Notes under the pieces: model-generated
Told to the model about the DNA's origin: nothing
Seen by the model: the letters and a program-made list of their open reading frames with translations, nothing else
Database searches by the model: none
Assembly (NCBI GenBank): GCA_039805045.1
Contig: JBDLUZ010000003.1
Span: 1-32,628 of the forward strand
From: Bacteroidota bacterium
GTDB lineage: Bacteria > Bacteroidota > Bacteroidia > Chitinophagales > Chitinophagaceae
Reading direction: 5' to 3'
Length of the DNA stretch: 32,628 nt
Shown here: positions 1 to 8,501 of the stretch, in pieces
How the letters are laid out: each line of letters starts with the position of its first letter
Position numbering within the stretch: position 1 is the first letter of the stretch
Made by a program: the position numbers and the translations under genes

Positions 1-678
1 AAACCATCCAAAAGTCGAAATCAATGCAATGCTGAGGATTATTCCACCCAGTGTACCTTCCCAGGTTTTCTTGGGAGACCACTTGCTAAGTGGCGTTTTC
101 CCAATAAATGACCCTACAATGTAGGCCATAGTATCATTAACCCAGATCCCAAAAACCAAGAGGAGGCAAATGACCTTTCCACTGAAACCAGACAAAGCGT
201 TTACAAAAAAACTGCTGTCGTGCGACTGCCCCCATATCCAACCCGACCGCAAATTAACCAGCATAGCAAGAGGAATCGATACATAAGCTAATCCAATGAA
301 TGACCAGCCAAGATTCCAGCGATTAAATGCTTTGGTACGATATATCTCAATAAGAAAGGCAATGAAGCTGATCCGCATTATACGCCAACCTGCTTCTGAA
401 ATGTGATACCCCCCGATGTCAAGGCTTTCAGCATTTGCTGCCAACAAGATCCCCCAACCCAGAAAGGCCAAGGAGATAGACAAAACAGGTGATTTTTTCG
501 ATGATGCAGCACCAATCCGTTCTACTAGTTTACGAAACTCATACCAAGCCCCAAAATGAACAATGGAGAACAATATGATAAAACTCCACTCATTCCACAA
601 CAATCCCGTGAGCATGACAACTGCGTACAATACAGCAGTTTGTGTTCTTGTCTTGAAGACGTCTTTATTCAGTGCCAT
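1..678 (-). CDS. cdsA: Phosphatidate cytidylyltransferase (3' end outside window)
   Basis: Not in the ORF track because the stop lies outside the window. Manual translation from ATG at 678 gives MALNKDVFKTRTQTAVLYAVVML..., a hydrophobic protein with the CTP_transf_1 motif WVNDTMAY..G...GKTPLSKWSPKKTWEG. Confidence 0.9.
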   Translation of the reverse strand, partial: MALNKDVFKTRTQTAVLYAVVMLTGLLWNEWSFIILFSIVHFGAWYEFRKLVERIGAASSKKSPVLSISLAFLGWGILLAANAESLDIGGYHISEAGWRIMRISFIAFLIEIYRTKAFNRWNLGWSFIGLAYVSIPLAMLVNLRSGWIWGQSHDSSFFVNALSGFSGKVICLLLVFGIWVNDTMAYIVGSFIGKTPLSKWSPKKTWEGTLGGIILSIALISTFGWF

Positions 679-1573
679 GTGCAATGCTTTTTTCAAACTT
701 TCCATATGCGAACCAAACCAAAGCAATCCCAAATAAACCCCACCAGAGTGGAAATTTATCATCCATACCATCAGCAAGGGATTCTCCTTTCATCCGGAGA
801 TAATAGACCTGTCCAACTGCAACTGCATTATTGACAAAATGTGCAAGAATTGGAACCCAGATGTTTTTACTCGTTGCATACATCATCCCGAGCATGATTC
901 CCATTGCAGTTCTGGCAAATAACCCGTAAAAGGAAAAATGAATAGCACTGAACAAAAGCGAAGTAATGATGATGCTGACCCAGATATTTCCGATTGAACG
1001 CTGCATCATATTCTGAAAGCCAGCCCGGAAAAACACTTCTTCAACAACAGCAGGTACTGCTGCCATAACAACCAGCGATATGAGCAGGTCTGTAATGGAT
1101 TCCATGCGAGACATGACTTCCAGCTGCTCCATATACCGATTTTCCATTTCTGTAAAATATGTCTTCAAGGAAGAAGTAAGAGGAATCAGCTCATTGAGTG
1201 TAGCCAGTGAACCAGCAATCACCATAGTAATTATCATCAGCAGAACAGCCCAGCCAAATGCAGGTAAAGGTGTTTTTTGCTTGAAACCCATGTATTGCAA
1301 GGGTTTTGGATTGATGATGCGAATTGCTACATAGGTTGGGATCAGAAACATCAATACTGACAATACCGTTTGGACTGTTCTAACAGGGTTAACAAATGCC
1401 GGATTGGTCAGGTTCATTTGCATGTCTGCCATATCCTGCCCCGTCATCAATTTCCATATAAAAACAGATGCAAAACCGCCAAGCATTGCTCCGGCCCCCA
1501 TAAGGGCTATTAAAATAAATAATCCAGCCTTGTGGGTCATACCTGGCCTGTTGTTCTCGATTTGTTCCTGCAT
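665..1573 (-). CDS. CPBP family intramembrane metalloprotease (CAAX/Abi)
   Basis: Multi-TM protein with EEVFFR, FSAIH and HFVNN motifs. Confidence 0.9.
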   Translation of the reverse strand: MQEQIENNRPGMTHKAGLFILIALMGAGAMLGGFASVFIWKLMTGQDMADMQMNLTNPAFVNPVRTVQTVLSVLMFLIPTYVAIRIINPKPLQYMGFKQKTPLPAFGWAVLLMIITMVIAGSLATLNELIPLTSSLKTYFTEMENRYMEQLEVMSRMESITDLLISLVVMAAVPAVVEEVFFRAGFQNMMQRSIGNIWVSIIITSLLFSAIHFSFYGLFARTAMGIMLGMMYATSKNIWVPILAHFVNNAVAVGQVYYLRMKGESLADGMDDKFPLWWGLFGIALVWFAYGKFEKSIAHGTE

Positions 1574-1578
1574 AGTCG

Positions 1579-1586
1579 TAATTTTG
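1579..1586 (+). promoter_or_regulatory. Bacteroidota -7 promoter box (TAATTTTG) for dusB
   Basis: Exact TAnnTTTG match 8 nt upstream of ATG 1595, in a 21-nt divergent intergenic gap. Confidence 0.6.
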
Positions 1587-1594
1587 CTTTCCTA

Positions 1595-2526
1595 ATGGTA
1601 AAGATAGGCAACATACAATTACCCGAATTCCCCCTTTTGCTGGCACCCATGGAAGATGTGAGTGATCCCCCCTTCCGCGCTGTTTGTAAAAAAAACGGAG
1701 CAGACATGATGTACACTGAGTTCATCAGTACAGAAGGACTGATCAGGGATGCACTCAAAAGCAGGCAGAAATTGGATATTTTTGAAGAGGAAAGACCCGT
1801 AGGGATTCAGATTTTTGGAGGGGATGAAGAAGCCATGGCCATCAGTGCGGGGATTGTGGATACAGTTAATCCAGACCTTCTCGATATCAATTTCGGCTGC
1901 CCTGTTAAGAAAGTGGTATGCAAGGGAGCTGGTGCTGCTGTGCTCAAAGACATTGATTTGATGGTGCGGCTCACAAAAGCTGTCATCAAATCCTGCAATG
2001 TACCGGTTACAGTCAAAACCAGGCTGGGATCCATGGCAGAACGAGAAGTCAACTCTACAAGGGTGAAGCAGACTGGAGCTGGATTGCAAAAGTGAAAGAA
2101 AATCCCAGAATCCAGATACCCATCTTTGGTAATGGTGATATTGACTCACCAGAAAAGGCACTGGAATACCGCAACAGGTATGGGATTGATGGCATCATGA
2201 TTGGCAGGGCTGCCATAGGGTATCCCTGGTTTTTCAGGGAGGTAAAACATTATTTTGAAACAGGAGAAAAATTACCCCCTCCAGGTTTTGATGAACGAAT
2301 TGAAGTAATCCGGCAACACCTAAGGGCCTCTGTTGCCTGGAAGGGTCCAAAGATTGGCATTTTTGAAATGCGCAGGCATTATGCTAACTACCTGAAGGGC
2401 ATACCCCACATCAAACCATTGAGAACACAGCTGGTAACCCTGAATACAATCGAAGAAATCGAAGATGTACTCAATAGCCTGAATCCGGCTCATTTCCAGG
2501 AAACTTCTGTTGTTCAGGAAGCATAA
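1595..2526 (+). pseudogene. dusB: tRNA-dihydrouridine synthase DusB, disrupted by an internal deletion and frameshift near 2029
   Basis: Frame 1 from ATG 1595 has LAPMEDVSD, TEFIS, DINFGCP and VTVKTRLG. The -1 frame from 2029 resumes IHGRTRSQLYKGEADWSWIAKVKENP...GNGDI...IMIGRAAIGYPW. The segment normally between RLG and IHG is absent. Confidence 0.85.
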
Positions 2527-2568
2527 TACAGCATCATCAATCTATAATCAAGCAGCCAATCCTTCATT

Positions 2569-3039
2569 ATGACACCCCAGCAAAAATTTGAATCACTCAC
2601 TGAGCAGATGCCTGTCACTTCAGGCTCCAAGGGCATTTATAAATCTTGCATTACAGCTGGAACCCTTGTATACACTTCTGGTCATGTGCCTTTCGACCAG
2701 CATGGAAATAGGATTAAGGGCAGGGTTGGTGCAGGAATGGACACGTTGGAAGCGAAAATAGTAGCACGTAATGTTGGACTTTGCATACTGCAGAGTCTGA
2801 TCAATACCTATGGAAGTCTCAATCGCATTAAAAGGGTGATTAAAATACTGGGCATGGTCAATGCCACACCAGATTTTGCACAACACCCCATTGTCATCAA
2901 CGGCTGCAGTGAATTATTCAGAGAGATTTGGGGTGATGATCTGGGTGTAGGGACCCGAAGTGCAGTAGGAATGGGTTCACTACCCGATAATGTTCCGGTG
3001 GAAATTGAAGCCATTTTTGAACTGGAAACCGAAGCTTAA
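2569..3039 (+). CDS. RidA/YjgF family protein
   Basis: VYTSGH, INGCSEL, GTRSAVG.SLP..VPVEIE motifs. Confidence 0.9.
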   Translation: MTPQQKFESLTEQMPVTSGSKGIYKSCITAGTLVYTSGHVPFDQHGNRIKGRVGAGMDTLEAKIVARNVGLCILQSLINTYGSLNRIKRVIKILGMVNATPDFAQHPIVINGCSELFREIWGDDLGVGTRSAVGMGSLPDNVPVEIEAIFELETEA

Positions 3040-3055
3040 CCAATCTTTCAATGTA

Positions 3056-4150
3056 ATGATGGAAATTTATTCCCAGATAGATAGTCCTGCCCTGCTCGTA
3101 AACCCGGATATAGTTTCAGCAAACATTGCTGAAATGGTGCGGATGGTTGGAAATGCACAAAGGCTTCGTCCACACATCAAAACGCATAAGTCGGCCGTCG
3201 GAATCAGGATGATGTTGAAAGCCGGCATCACAAAATTCAAGTGTGCCACGATTGCGGAAGCGGAGTTATTGGCCGCCAACCATGCACCAGATGTGTTGCT
3301 TGCACACCAACCAGTAGGACCCAAAATCAAACGGCTCCTCGCACTGGCAGAAGCATTTCCAGGAACTGAATTTTCCTGCATTGTTGATGATATGGATAAT
3401 GCCTCAAGAATTGCAGAGACCTTTCGTGCAGCATTTCGGACAATCAGGGTTTTTGCAGACATCAACGTTGGCATGAACAGAACAGGCATCAGTCCGGATG
3501 AAAAGGCGCTGGAATTGATCATGCAAATCGGCAGAACATCCGGCATCCTATTCGGAGGCCTGCACGTATATGATGGTCAACACAGGCAACCTGATTTCAG
3601 TGCTCGTGAAAAGGCCTGTGACCTGGCATTTGAGGCAGTTTACACTTTGATTGGCTCGATGCAGGCAGCACGCATGGAAAAGCCCCATATCATCGCAGGA
3701 GGCTCTCCAACTTTTTCCATTCACGCCAACCGGCCAGACCGTGAATGCAGTCCGGGTACCAATATTTTCTGGGATTATGGTTACAGTCAGATCTGTCAGG
3801 AACAAAATTTTACTCCTGCCGTATCCATCCTGACGCGTGTCATCTCATTGCCCTCCACAGGTTGCATTTGCGTTGACCTCGGACACAAGGCGGTGGCTTC
3901 TGAAAATGAAATCAGCAAAAGAGTTGTTTTTCCGGATTACCCCGATTTAAAAGCTGTCAGCCAAAGTGAAGAGCACCTCGTATTGGATGCCGGCCCAGAC
4001 CATACCTTCAAAGTTGGAGATACCCTAATAGGCATCCCCTATCATATTTGTCCGACTGTTGCCCTCCACGAATCTTTGTTTGAGATAAAGGATGGAAAAT
4101 TCACCTGCTTGTGGCCAATTGAAGCTAGAAAAAGAAGGATCAGCTACTAA
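3056..4150 (+). CDS. D-threonine aldolase / D-serine dehydratase-like PLP-dependent enzyme (alanine racemase fold)
   Basis: SPALL, RPHIKTHK (PLP Lys), CATIAEAE, RTGI, YDG, SEEH and HICP motifs. Start is likely ATG 3056 or 3059 rather than 2990. Confidence 0.88.
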   Translation: MMEIYSQIDSPALLVNPDIVSANIAEMVRMVGNAQRLRPHIKTHKSAVGIRMMLKAGITKFKCATIAEAELLAANHAPDVLLAHQPVGPKIKRLLALAEAFPGTEFSCIVDDMDNASRIAETFRAAFRTIRVFADINVGMNRTGISPDEKALELIMQIGRTSGILFGGLHVYDGQHRQPDFSAREKACDLAFEAVYTLIGSMQAARMEKPHIIAGGSPTFSIHANRPDRECSPGTNIFWDYGYSQICQEQNFTPAVSILTRVISLPSTGCICVDLGHKAVASENEISKRVVFPDYPDLKAVSQSEEHLVLDAGPDHTFKVGDTLIGIPYHICPTVALHESLFEIKDGKFTCLWPIEARKRRISY

Positions 4151-4154
4151 TTAC

Positions 4155-4162
4155 TACATTTG
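4155..4162 (+). promoter_or_regulatory. -7 promoter box (TACATTTG) for psd
   Basis: Exact TAnnTTTG match 18 nt upstream of the ATG. Confidence 0.6.
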
Positions 4163-4180
4163 CAAACCTAAACCCATAAC

Positions 4181-4840
4181 ATGACCATACATAAGGAAGG
4201 CTATAAAACCATTACACTAATAGGACTAGGTGTATTCACCTTAATTTTCCTATCGTTAAGACACCTCCATCCGTTGCAACCAATTGTTCATTATATACTT
4301 TCTGTAGTATTGGTTGCTTTCTGGTTGTTTATTGTTTCTTTTTTCAGAATTCCCTCCAGAAACTTCACTTATGATGAAAGTGCAGTGGTATCGCCCGCAG
4401 ATGGAAAAGTAGTGGTGATTGAAGAGGTTTTTGATACAGAATATTTCAATGACAAAAGATTGCAGGTATCTGTGTTTATGAGTCCGGCCAATGTACACGT
4501 CAACCGCTATCCTTTTTCAGGCAAGGTATTATACAGCAAGTACCACAAAGGCAAATACCTGGTTGCTTGGGATCCCAAATCTTCAACTGAAAACGAGCGC
4601 CACAGTATTGTGCTTGAAAACCCCAAAGCTAAAGTACTTGTAAAGCAGATTGCCGGTGCGCTTGCCAAGCGGATCATGAACTATGCTGTTGTAGAAGCAG
4701 ATGCAAAACAAAACGAGGAGCTGGGCTTCATCAAGTTTGGCAGCCGCGTAGACTTGCTCTTACCAATTGGCACAAAGGTCAATGTCAAAATTGGCGATAA
4801 TGTGAAAAACGGGGTTTCTGTTCTCGCTACGTTGGCTTGA
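4181..4840 (+). CDS. psd: Phosphatidylserine decarboxylase proenzyme
   Basis: FFRIP, SPADGKV, FMSPANVHVNR, NER, QIAG and the FGSRVD autocleavage motif. Confidence 0.93.
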   Translation: MTIHKEGYKTITLIGLGVFTLIFLSLRHLHPLQPIVHYILSVVLVAFWLFIVSFFRIPSRNFTYDESAVVSPADGKVVVIEEVFDTEYFNDKRLQVSVFMSPANVHVNRYPFSGKVLYSKYHKGKYLVAWDPKSSTENERHSIVLENPKAKVLVKQIAGALAKRIMNYAVVEADAKQNEELGFIKFGSRVDLLLPIGTKVNVKIGDNVKNGVSVLATLA

Positions 4841-5548
4841 TTAAAGGATATGCTTTAATTCACCGAGGTCCTTCAGGATATAGGTTGGTCTTACTTTAGA
4901 CCCTTCTGGGACTTCTGCGTGCACATAAGCTGCGTCAATACCGGCATTGAGGGCACCCAGGATATCAACCTCGAGCGTATCCCCTATCATGATGCTTTCT
5001 GCTGCTTTTGCCCCTGTAGTATTGAGTGCATATTCAAATATAGCTGCATGCGGTTTCATGATACCCGCCTGTTCAGAGGTGATCATCTCCTTGAAATAAT
5101 GATCAATACCGCTATTCCTGATTTTCATGTGTTGGGTTTTTTCAAAACCGTTGGTGATCAGGTGTACAGGGTAGCCTTTATGTTTGAGATAATCGAGTAT
5201 TTCAATACAATATGGAAAAAGGTTAGTCTTGGTGGGTAAAATTTCGAGGTATCTTTCACTCATCAATTTTGCGAGTGGCTCGTTAGTGAGTTTGAATTCT
5301 ACCAGTGTTCTCCACATCCTTCTCCAGCGCAATTCTTCCCTGTTGATATGTCCCTTACGGAAGCGATCCCAGTATATCTCGTTATAATGGTGATAGGTAG
5401 CATGAAACTTATTAAAGTCAGCTCCGGATTGCTCGCCAAGATTCAGCTCATGATAAAGGTCATGCAGGGTTGCCCTGGAATTTGTTTCGAAGTCCCACAA
5501 CGTGTGATCCAAATCAAAAAAAACCTGGCTGTATTGTTTTACTTTCAT
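4841..5548 (-). CDS. yjjG: YjjG family noncanonical pyrimidine nucleotidase (HAD)
   Basis: FDLDHTLWDF, ITNGF, KP and IGDTLEVD HAD motifs. ATG 5548 follows a -7 box. Confidence 0.88.
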   Translation of the reverse strand: MKVKQYSQVFFDLDHTLWDFETNSRATLHDLYHELNLGEQSGADFNKFHATYHHYNEIYWDRFRKGHINREELRWRRMWRTLVEFKLTNEPLAKLMSERYLEILPTKTNLFPYCIEILDYLKHKGYPVHLITNGFEKTQHMKIRNSGIDHYFKEMITSEQAGIMKPHAAIFEYALNTTGAKAAESIMIGDTLEVDILGALNAGIDAAYVHAEVPEGSKVRPTYILKDLGELKHIL

Positions 5549-5554
5549 AGGATG

Positions 5555-5587
5555 CAAAATTACACAACCTTTGAATGCCTACCTTTG
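5555..5587. promoter_or_regulatory. Divergent -7 promoter boxes for yjjG (5562-5555, TAATTTTG, minus) and SDR (5580-5587, TACCTTTG, plus)
   Basis: Two exact TAnnTTTG matches, back to back, in a short divergent gap. Confidence 0.6.
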
Positions 5588-5601
5588 AAAAAAATACCGC
5601 G

Positions 5602-6300
5602 ATGAATGTTTTAATTACTGGTGCTTCAAGAGGTTTGGGAAAGTGTATTGCCGAGCATTTTGCCGCAGAAGGTGCCAATCTGATACTTTGTTCAAGATCC
5701 ATGCAACAAACAATTGGCTGGCAGCAACAATTGATCACCAAACACGGTATATCAGTATCTGCATTTGATGTGGATATGCGTGATGTAGAAAGGGTGAAAG
5801 CATTTGCCGGGGAAATTTTGACAGCGGGCATAAACATTGACATCCTGGTTAACAATGCAGGCAGTTATGTACCCGGATCAGTATGGAATGAACCAGATGG
5901 ACAACTCGAAGAAATGCTTCAGGTAAACCTCCTTTCGGCATATCACCTGACCCGGGCAATTGTACCATCTATGATAGCCAGGAAATCAGGACATATATTC
6001 AACATGGCTTCTATTGCTTCTTTCATGGCTTATCCCAATGGGGGATCTTATAGCATAAGCAAATATGCATTAGCCGGTTTCAGTAAAAATTTAAGGGAGG
6101 AATTGAAGACGCACCAGATAAAAGTTACCACCATCTATCCAGGTGCGGCTTTTACACCATCCTGGGAAGGAGCTGGTATTCCTGCAGAAAGATTCATGAA
6201 GCCGGATGATGTAGCCAATATGATTGTTGCGTCCAGCAAGCTATCACTGCAGGCATGTGTGGAGGAGATTATCTTGAGACCGCAGTTGGGAGATATATGA
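5602..6300 (+). CDS. SDR family NAD(P)-dependent oxidoreductase
   Basis: TGASRGLG, NNAG and YSISK motifs. ATG 5602 is preferred because ATG 5575 lies upstream of the -7 box. Confidence 0.9.
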   Translation: MNVLITGASRGLGKCIAEHFAAEGANLILCSRSMQQTIGWQQQLITKHGISVSAFDVDMRDVERVKAFAGEILTAGINIDILVNNAGSYVPGSVWNEPDGQLEEMLQVNLLSAYHLTRAIVPSMIARKSGHIFNMASIASFMAYPNGGSYSISKYALAGFSKNLREELKTHQIKVTTIYPGAAFTPSWEGAGIPAERFMKPDDVANMIVASSKLSLQACVEEIILRPQLGDI

Positions 6301-6301
6301 G

Positions 6302-7003
6302 TTAATCACTGAATTTGTATCCCACACCTCTTACCGAATGAAAATGTTTTGGTTCACGCGGATCGTCTTCAAAGTATTTTCTAAAATTGAGGATAAAATT
6401 ATCTATGGTGCGCGTTGTTGGAAAAACCTGATATCCCCAGACTGCCTGAAGGATTTTTTCCCTTGAAACAACTTCATTTTTATACTCTATCATCAGCCTG
6501 AGGAGCATAATTTCTTTTTTACTCAAACTGAAGTTTTCATGCTTTGCATTGATTGCGGTTTGCGCCTTAAAGTCAATTACATTTCCACCAAAACTAAAAC
6601 TATCGCCCAAAGTGGAACGTTCCTGAAGTTTACGGTTTTTATTGATCAGCTTTTCAACCCTGAGTAAAAGCTCTTCCAGATTAAAGGGTTTTGTCAGGTA
6701 ATCATCAGCACCTTTTTTGAGTCCGAGTACCCTGTCTGCACTTCCAGAACGTGCACTGAGCATTAGGATTGGTGTTTCAATATTCTTTAACCTGATGTGT
6801 TCACAAACGTCAAACCCATCCAGTTCTGGCAGCATGACATCTAAAAGGATAAGATCAAAGTACTCATTTTCAACTTTTTTAAGTGCTATTGAGCCCGTAC
6901 TCGCCGAAGTAACCTCATATCCTTCCAGTTCCAGATTGAGCTTAAGCGCTTCCTGGAGATGTTCCTCATCTTCAACTACAAGAATGGACAATTTATTCAT
7001 CAT
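6302..7003 (-). CDS. OmpR-family response regulator
   Basis: VEDE, LLDVMLP, GADDYLTKPF receiver plus winged-helix C-terminus (RTIDN...VRGVGY). Confidence 0.93.
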   Translation of the reverse strand: MMNKLSILVVEDEEHLQEALKLNLELEGYEVTSASTGSIALKKVENEYFDLILLDVMLPELDGFDVCEHIRLKNIETPILMLSARSGSADRVLGLKKGADDYLTKPFNLEELLLRVEKLINKNRKLQERSTLGDSFSFGGNVIDFKAQTAINAKHENFSLSKKEIMLLRLMIEYKNEVVSREKILQAVWGYQVFPTTRTIDNFILNFRKYFEDDPREPKHFHSVRGVGYKFSD

Positions 7004-7005
7004 AA

Positions 7006-7986
7006 TTAAAATTTGGGGAGTTGAACTTTAAAAACACATCCGGAGGGATAATTGTTCTCTAACTTAACAAACCCTTTGTGATCCTGGATAATTTTAGCAC
7101 TGAGGTAAAGACCCAGACCCGTTCCTTTTGTTTTACGCTTTGCTTCATCACCCATCCTGTAAAACTTATCAAACACTTTTTTCTTTTCGGCATCCGGTAT
7201 ACCCTGACCTTCATCAGCAATTTCAACCTGAACCAAATTCGGAAGATCAAGCAGTCTTGTTGTGATGCTTTTATCCTGTGGTGTATACTTAATGGCATTC
7301 TCTATCAGGTTGTTTACAACAAGCTGAATAAGAAATTCCTCTCCGTAAGCCACGATATCTTCTGGAATTTCAACATTAAAATTACGCAATGGATAACGTC
7401 TTTTGAAAGCTGAAACAGACCTGCTGATCAGTGCACTGCAATTAAATTCTTCGCGGGTCATTTTATAACCCCCTGATTCAAGTTGAGCGCTCAACAGTAT
7501 ATTATTACACAATGAATCGAGACGCTCAGTTTCATTGATAGAATCATGCAGAATCTTATGCTGCTTTTGTTCATCAAGCTTATGCCTTACCAGTGTTTCA
7601 AGTCCAAGCTTTGTTATGGCAATAGGAGTTTTCAGTTCATGGGTGACCGCCATCATGAAGTTACGCTGCTGCTGATGGTAGTATAGTTGCCGTTTGATTG
7701 CGAGGTAAACAAAAAAGGCACCTAAAATTGTGAGAACGAAAAAAGTAAGCCCTTCTCCCAAGTATTGTTTTGCATTTCGGTCATGTTCATCCTCAAATTT
7801 TTTCAGTGTCTCCAGAGAAATAGATTTGAATTTGAGGTATTGATCTGTATGGTAGGCAAGCATGCTGTCGTTCAGCTGATCAAGTTCAAAATACCACCAA
7901 CCCAATGCCGCTATAAGGTAAACAAGCAACAGCCAGTAAATAGCATAAATGGTTTTGAGAGGTATTCTGCTTATAAGGTTATACAT
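7006..7986 (-). CDS. Sensor histidine kinase
   Basis: Two TM segments, H-box THELKTP, N-box NLIENAIKY, DEGQGI and GTGLGL. Confidence 0.93.
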   Translation of the reverse strand: MYNLISRIPLKTIYAIYWLLLVYLIAALGWWYFELDQLNDSMLAYHTDQYLKFKSISLETLKKFEDEHDRNAKQYLGEGLTFFVLTILGAFFVYLAIKRQLYYHQQQRNFMMAVTHELKTPIAITKLGLETLVRHKLDEQKQHKILHDSINETERLDSLCNNILLSAQLESGGYKMTREEFNCSALISRSVSAFKRRYPLRNFNVEIPEDIVAYGEEFLIQLVVNNLIENAIKYTPQDKSITTRLLDLPNLVQVEIADEGQGIPDAEKKKVFDKFYRMGDEAKRKTKGTGLGLYLSAKIIQDHKGFVKLENNYPSGCVFKVQLPKF

Positions 7987-7987
7987 A

Positions 7988-8455
7988 TCAATTGGCTTTT
8001 TCTAACCTGAGACCAGCATTCAAAACATGTTCAAGTGGATCTGTTCTCATGTCTTGTCTGAACCTTACGGTATAGGTCCCGGGTTTGCTGAAACGGACAG
8101 GTTCTTTATAAAGCAATATGCGATGGTCAAAGATATCATCCATTCCTGTACCCAACCATTTTTGTCCGGATGCAAGCTTGAATTCAAAACGTTCAGTTCG
8201 CACAACTGAATCTCCCGGAAGTTGGCTATCTACACTAACCCAGAGATTATTAAAAGCATATGTATTATTATGACGGAAAAGAAAATAGAGCCGATAGGCC
8301 GAAGTAGTGTCAGTGATTTCAAACTTAAATTCAGGTTGAAAGGCATATTCCCACTCTTGAGCAGGCATAAATGTTATTTTTTCATACAAACCAGTCTGCA
8401 TGCACGCAGAAAGTATTGTAACAAAAACGGCAACAACTAATAATTTCTTAGACAT
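7988..8455 (-). CDS. gldH: Gliding motility lipoprotein GldH
   Basis: Lipobox LSAC; YEK....QEW, RHNNTYAFNNLW, GQKWLGTG and QDMR.DPL pattern typical of GldH. Confidence 0.85.
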   Translation of the reverse strand: MSKKLLVVAVFVTILSACMQTGLYEKITFMPAQEWEYAFQPEFKFEITDTTSAYRLYFLFRHNNTYAFNNLWVSVDSQLPGDSVVRTERFEFKLASGQKWLGTGMDDIFDHRILLYKEPVRFSKPGTYTVRFRQDMRTDPLEHVLNAGLRLEKAN

Positions 8456-8459
8456 AGGA

Positions 8460-8467
8460 CAAAGTTA
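8460..8467 (-). promoter_or_regulatory. -7 promoter box (TAACTTTG) for gldH and the downstream HK/RR genes
   Basis: Exact match only 4 nt upstream of the ATG. Confidence 0.6.
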
Positions 8468-8501
8468 ATTATCTAAGCGCATATCATTGTTTGTATTGGC
8501 G

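Noticed and set aside
2020-2040. Programmed -1 frameshift in dusB
   Set aside because: No slippery heptamer at the junction, and a conserved block is physically missing, so recoding could not restore the protein.
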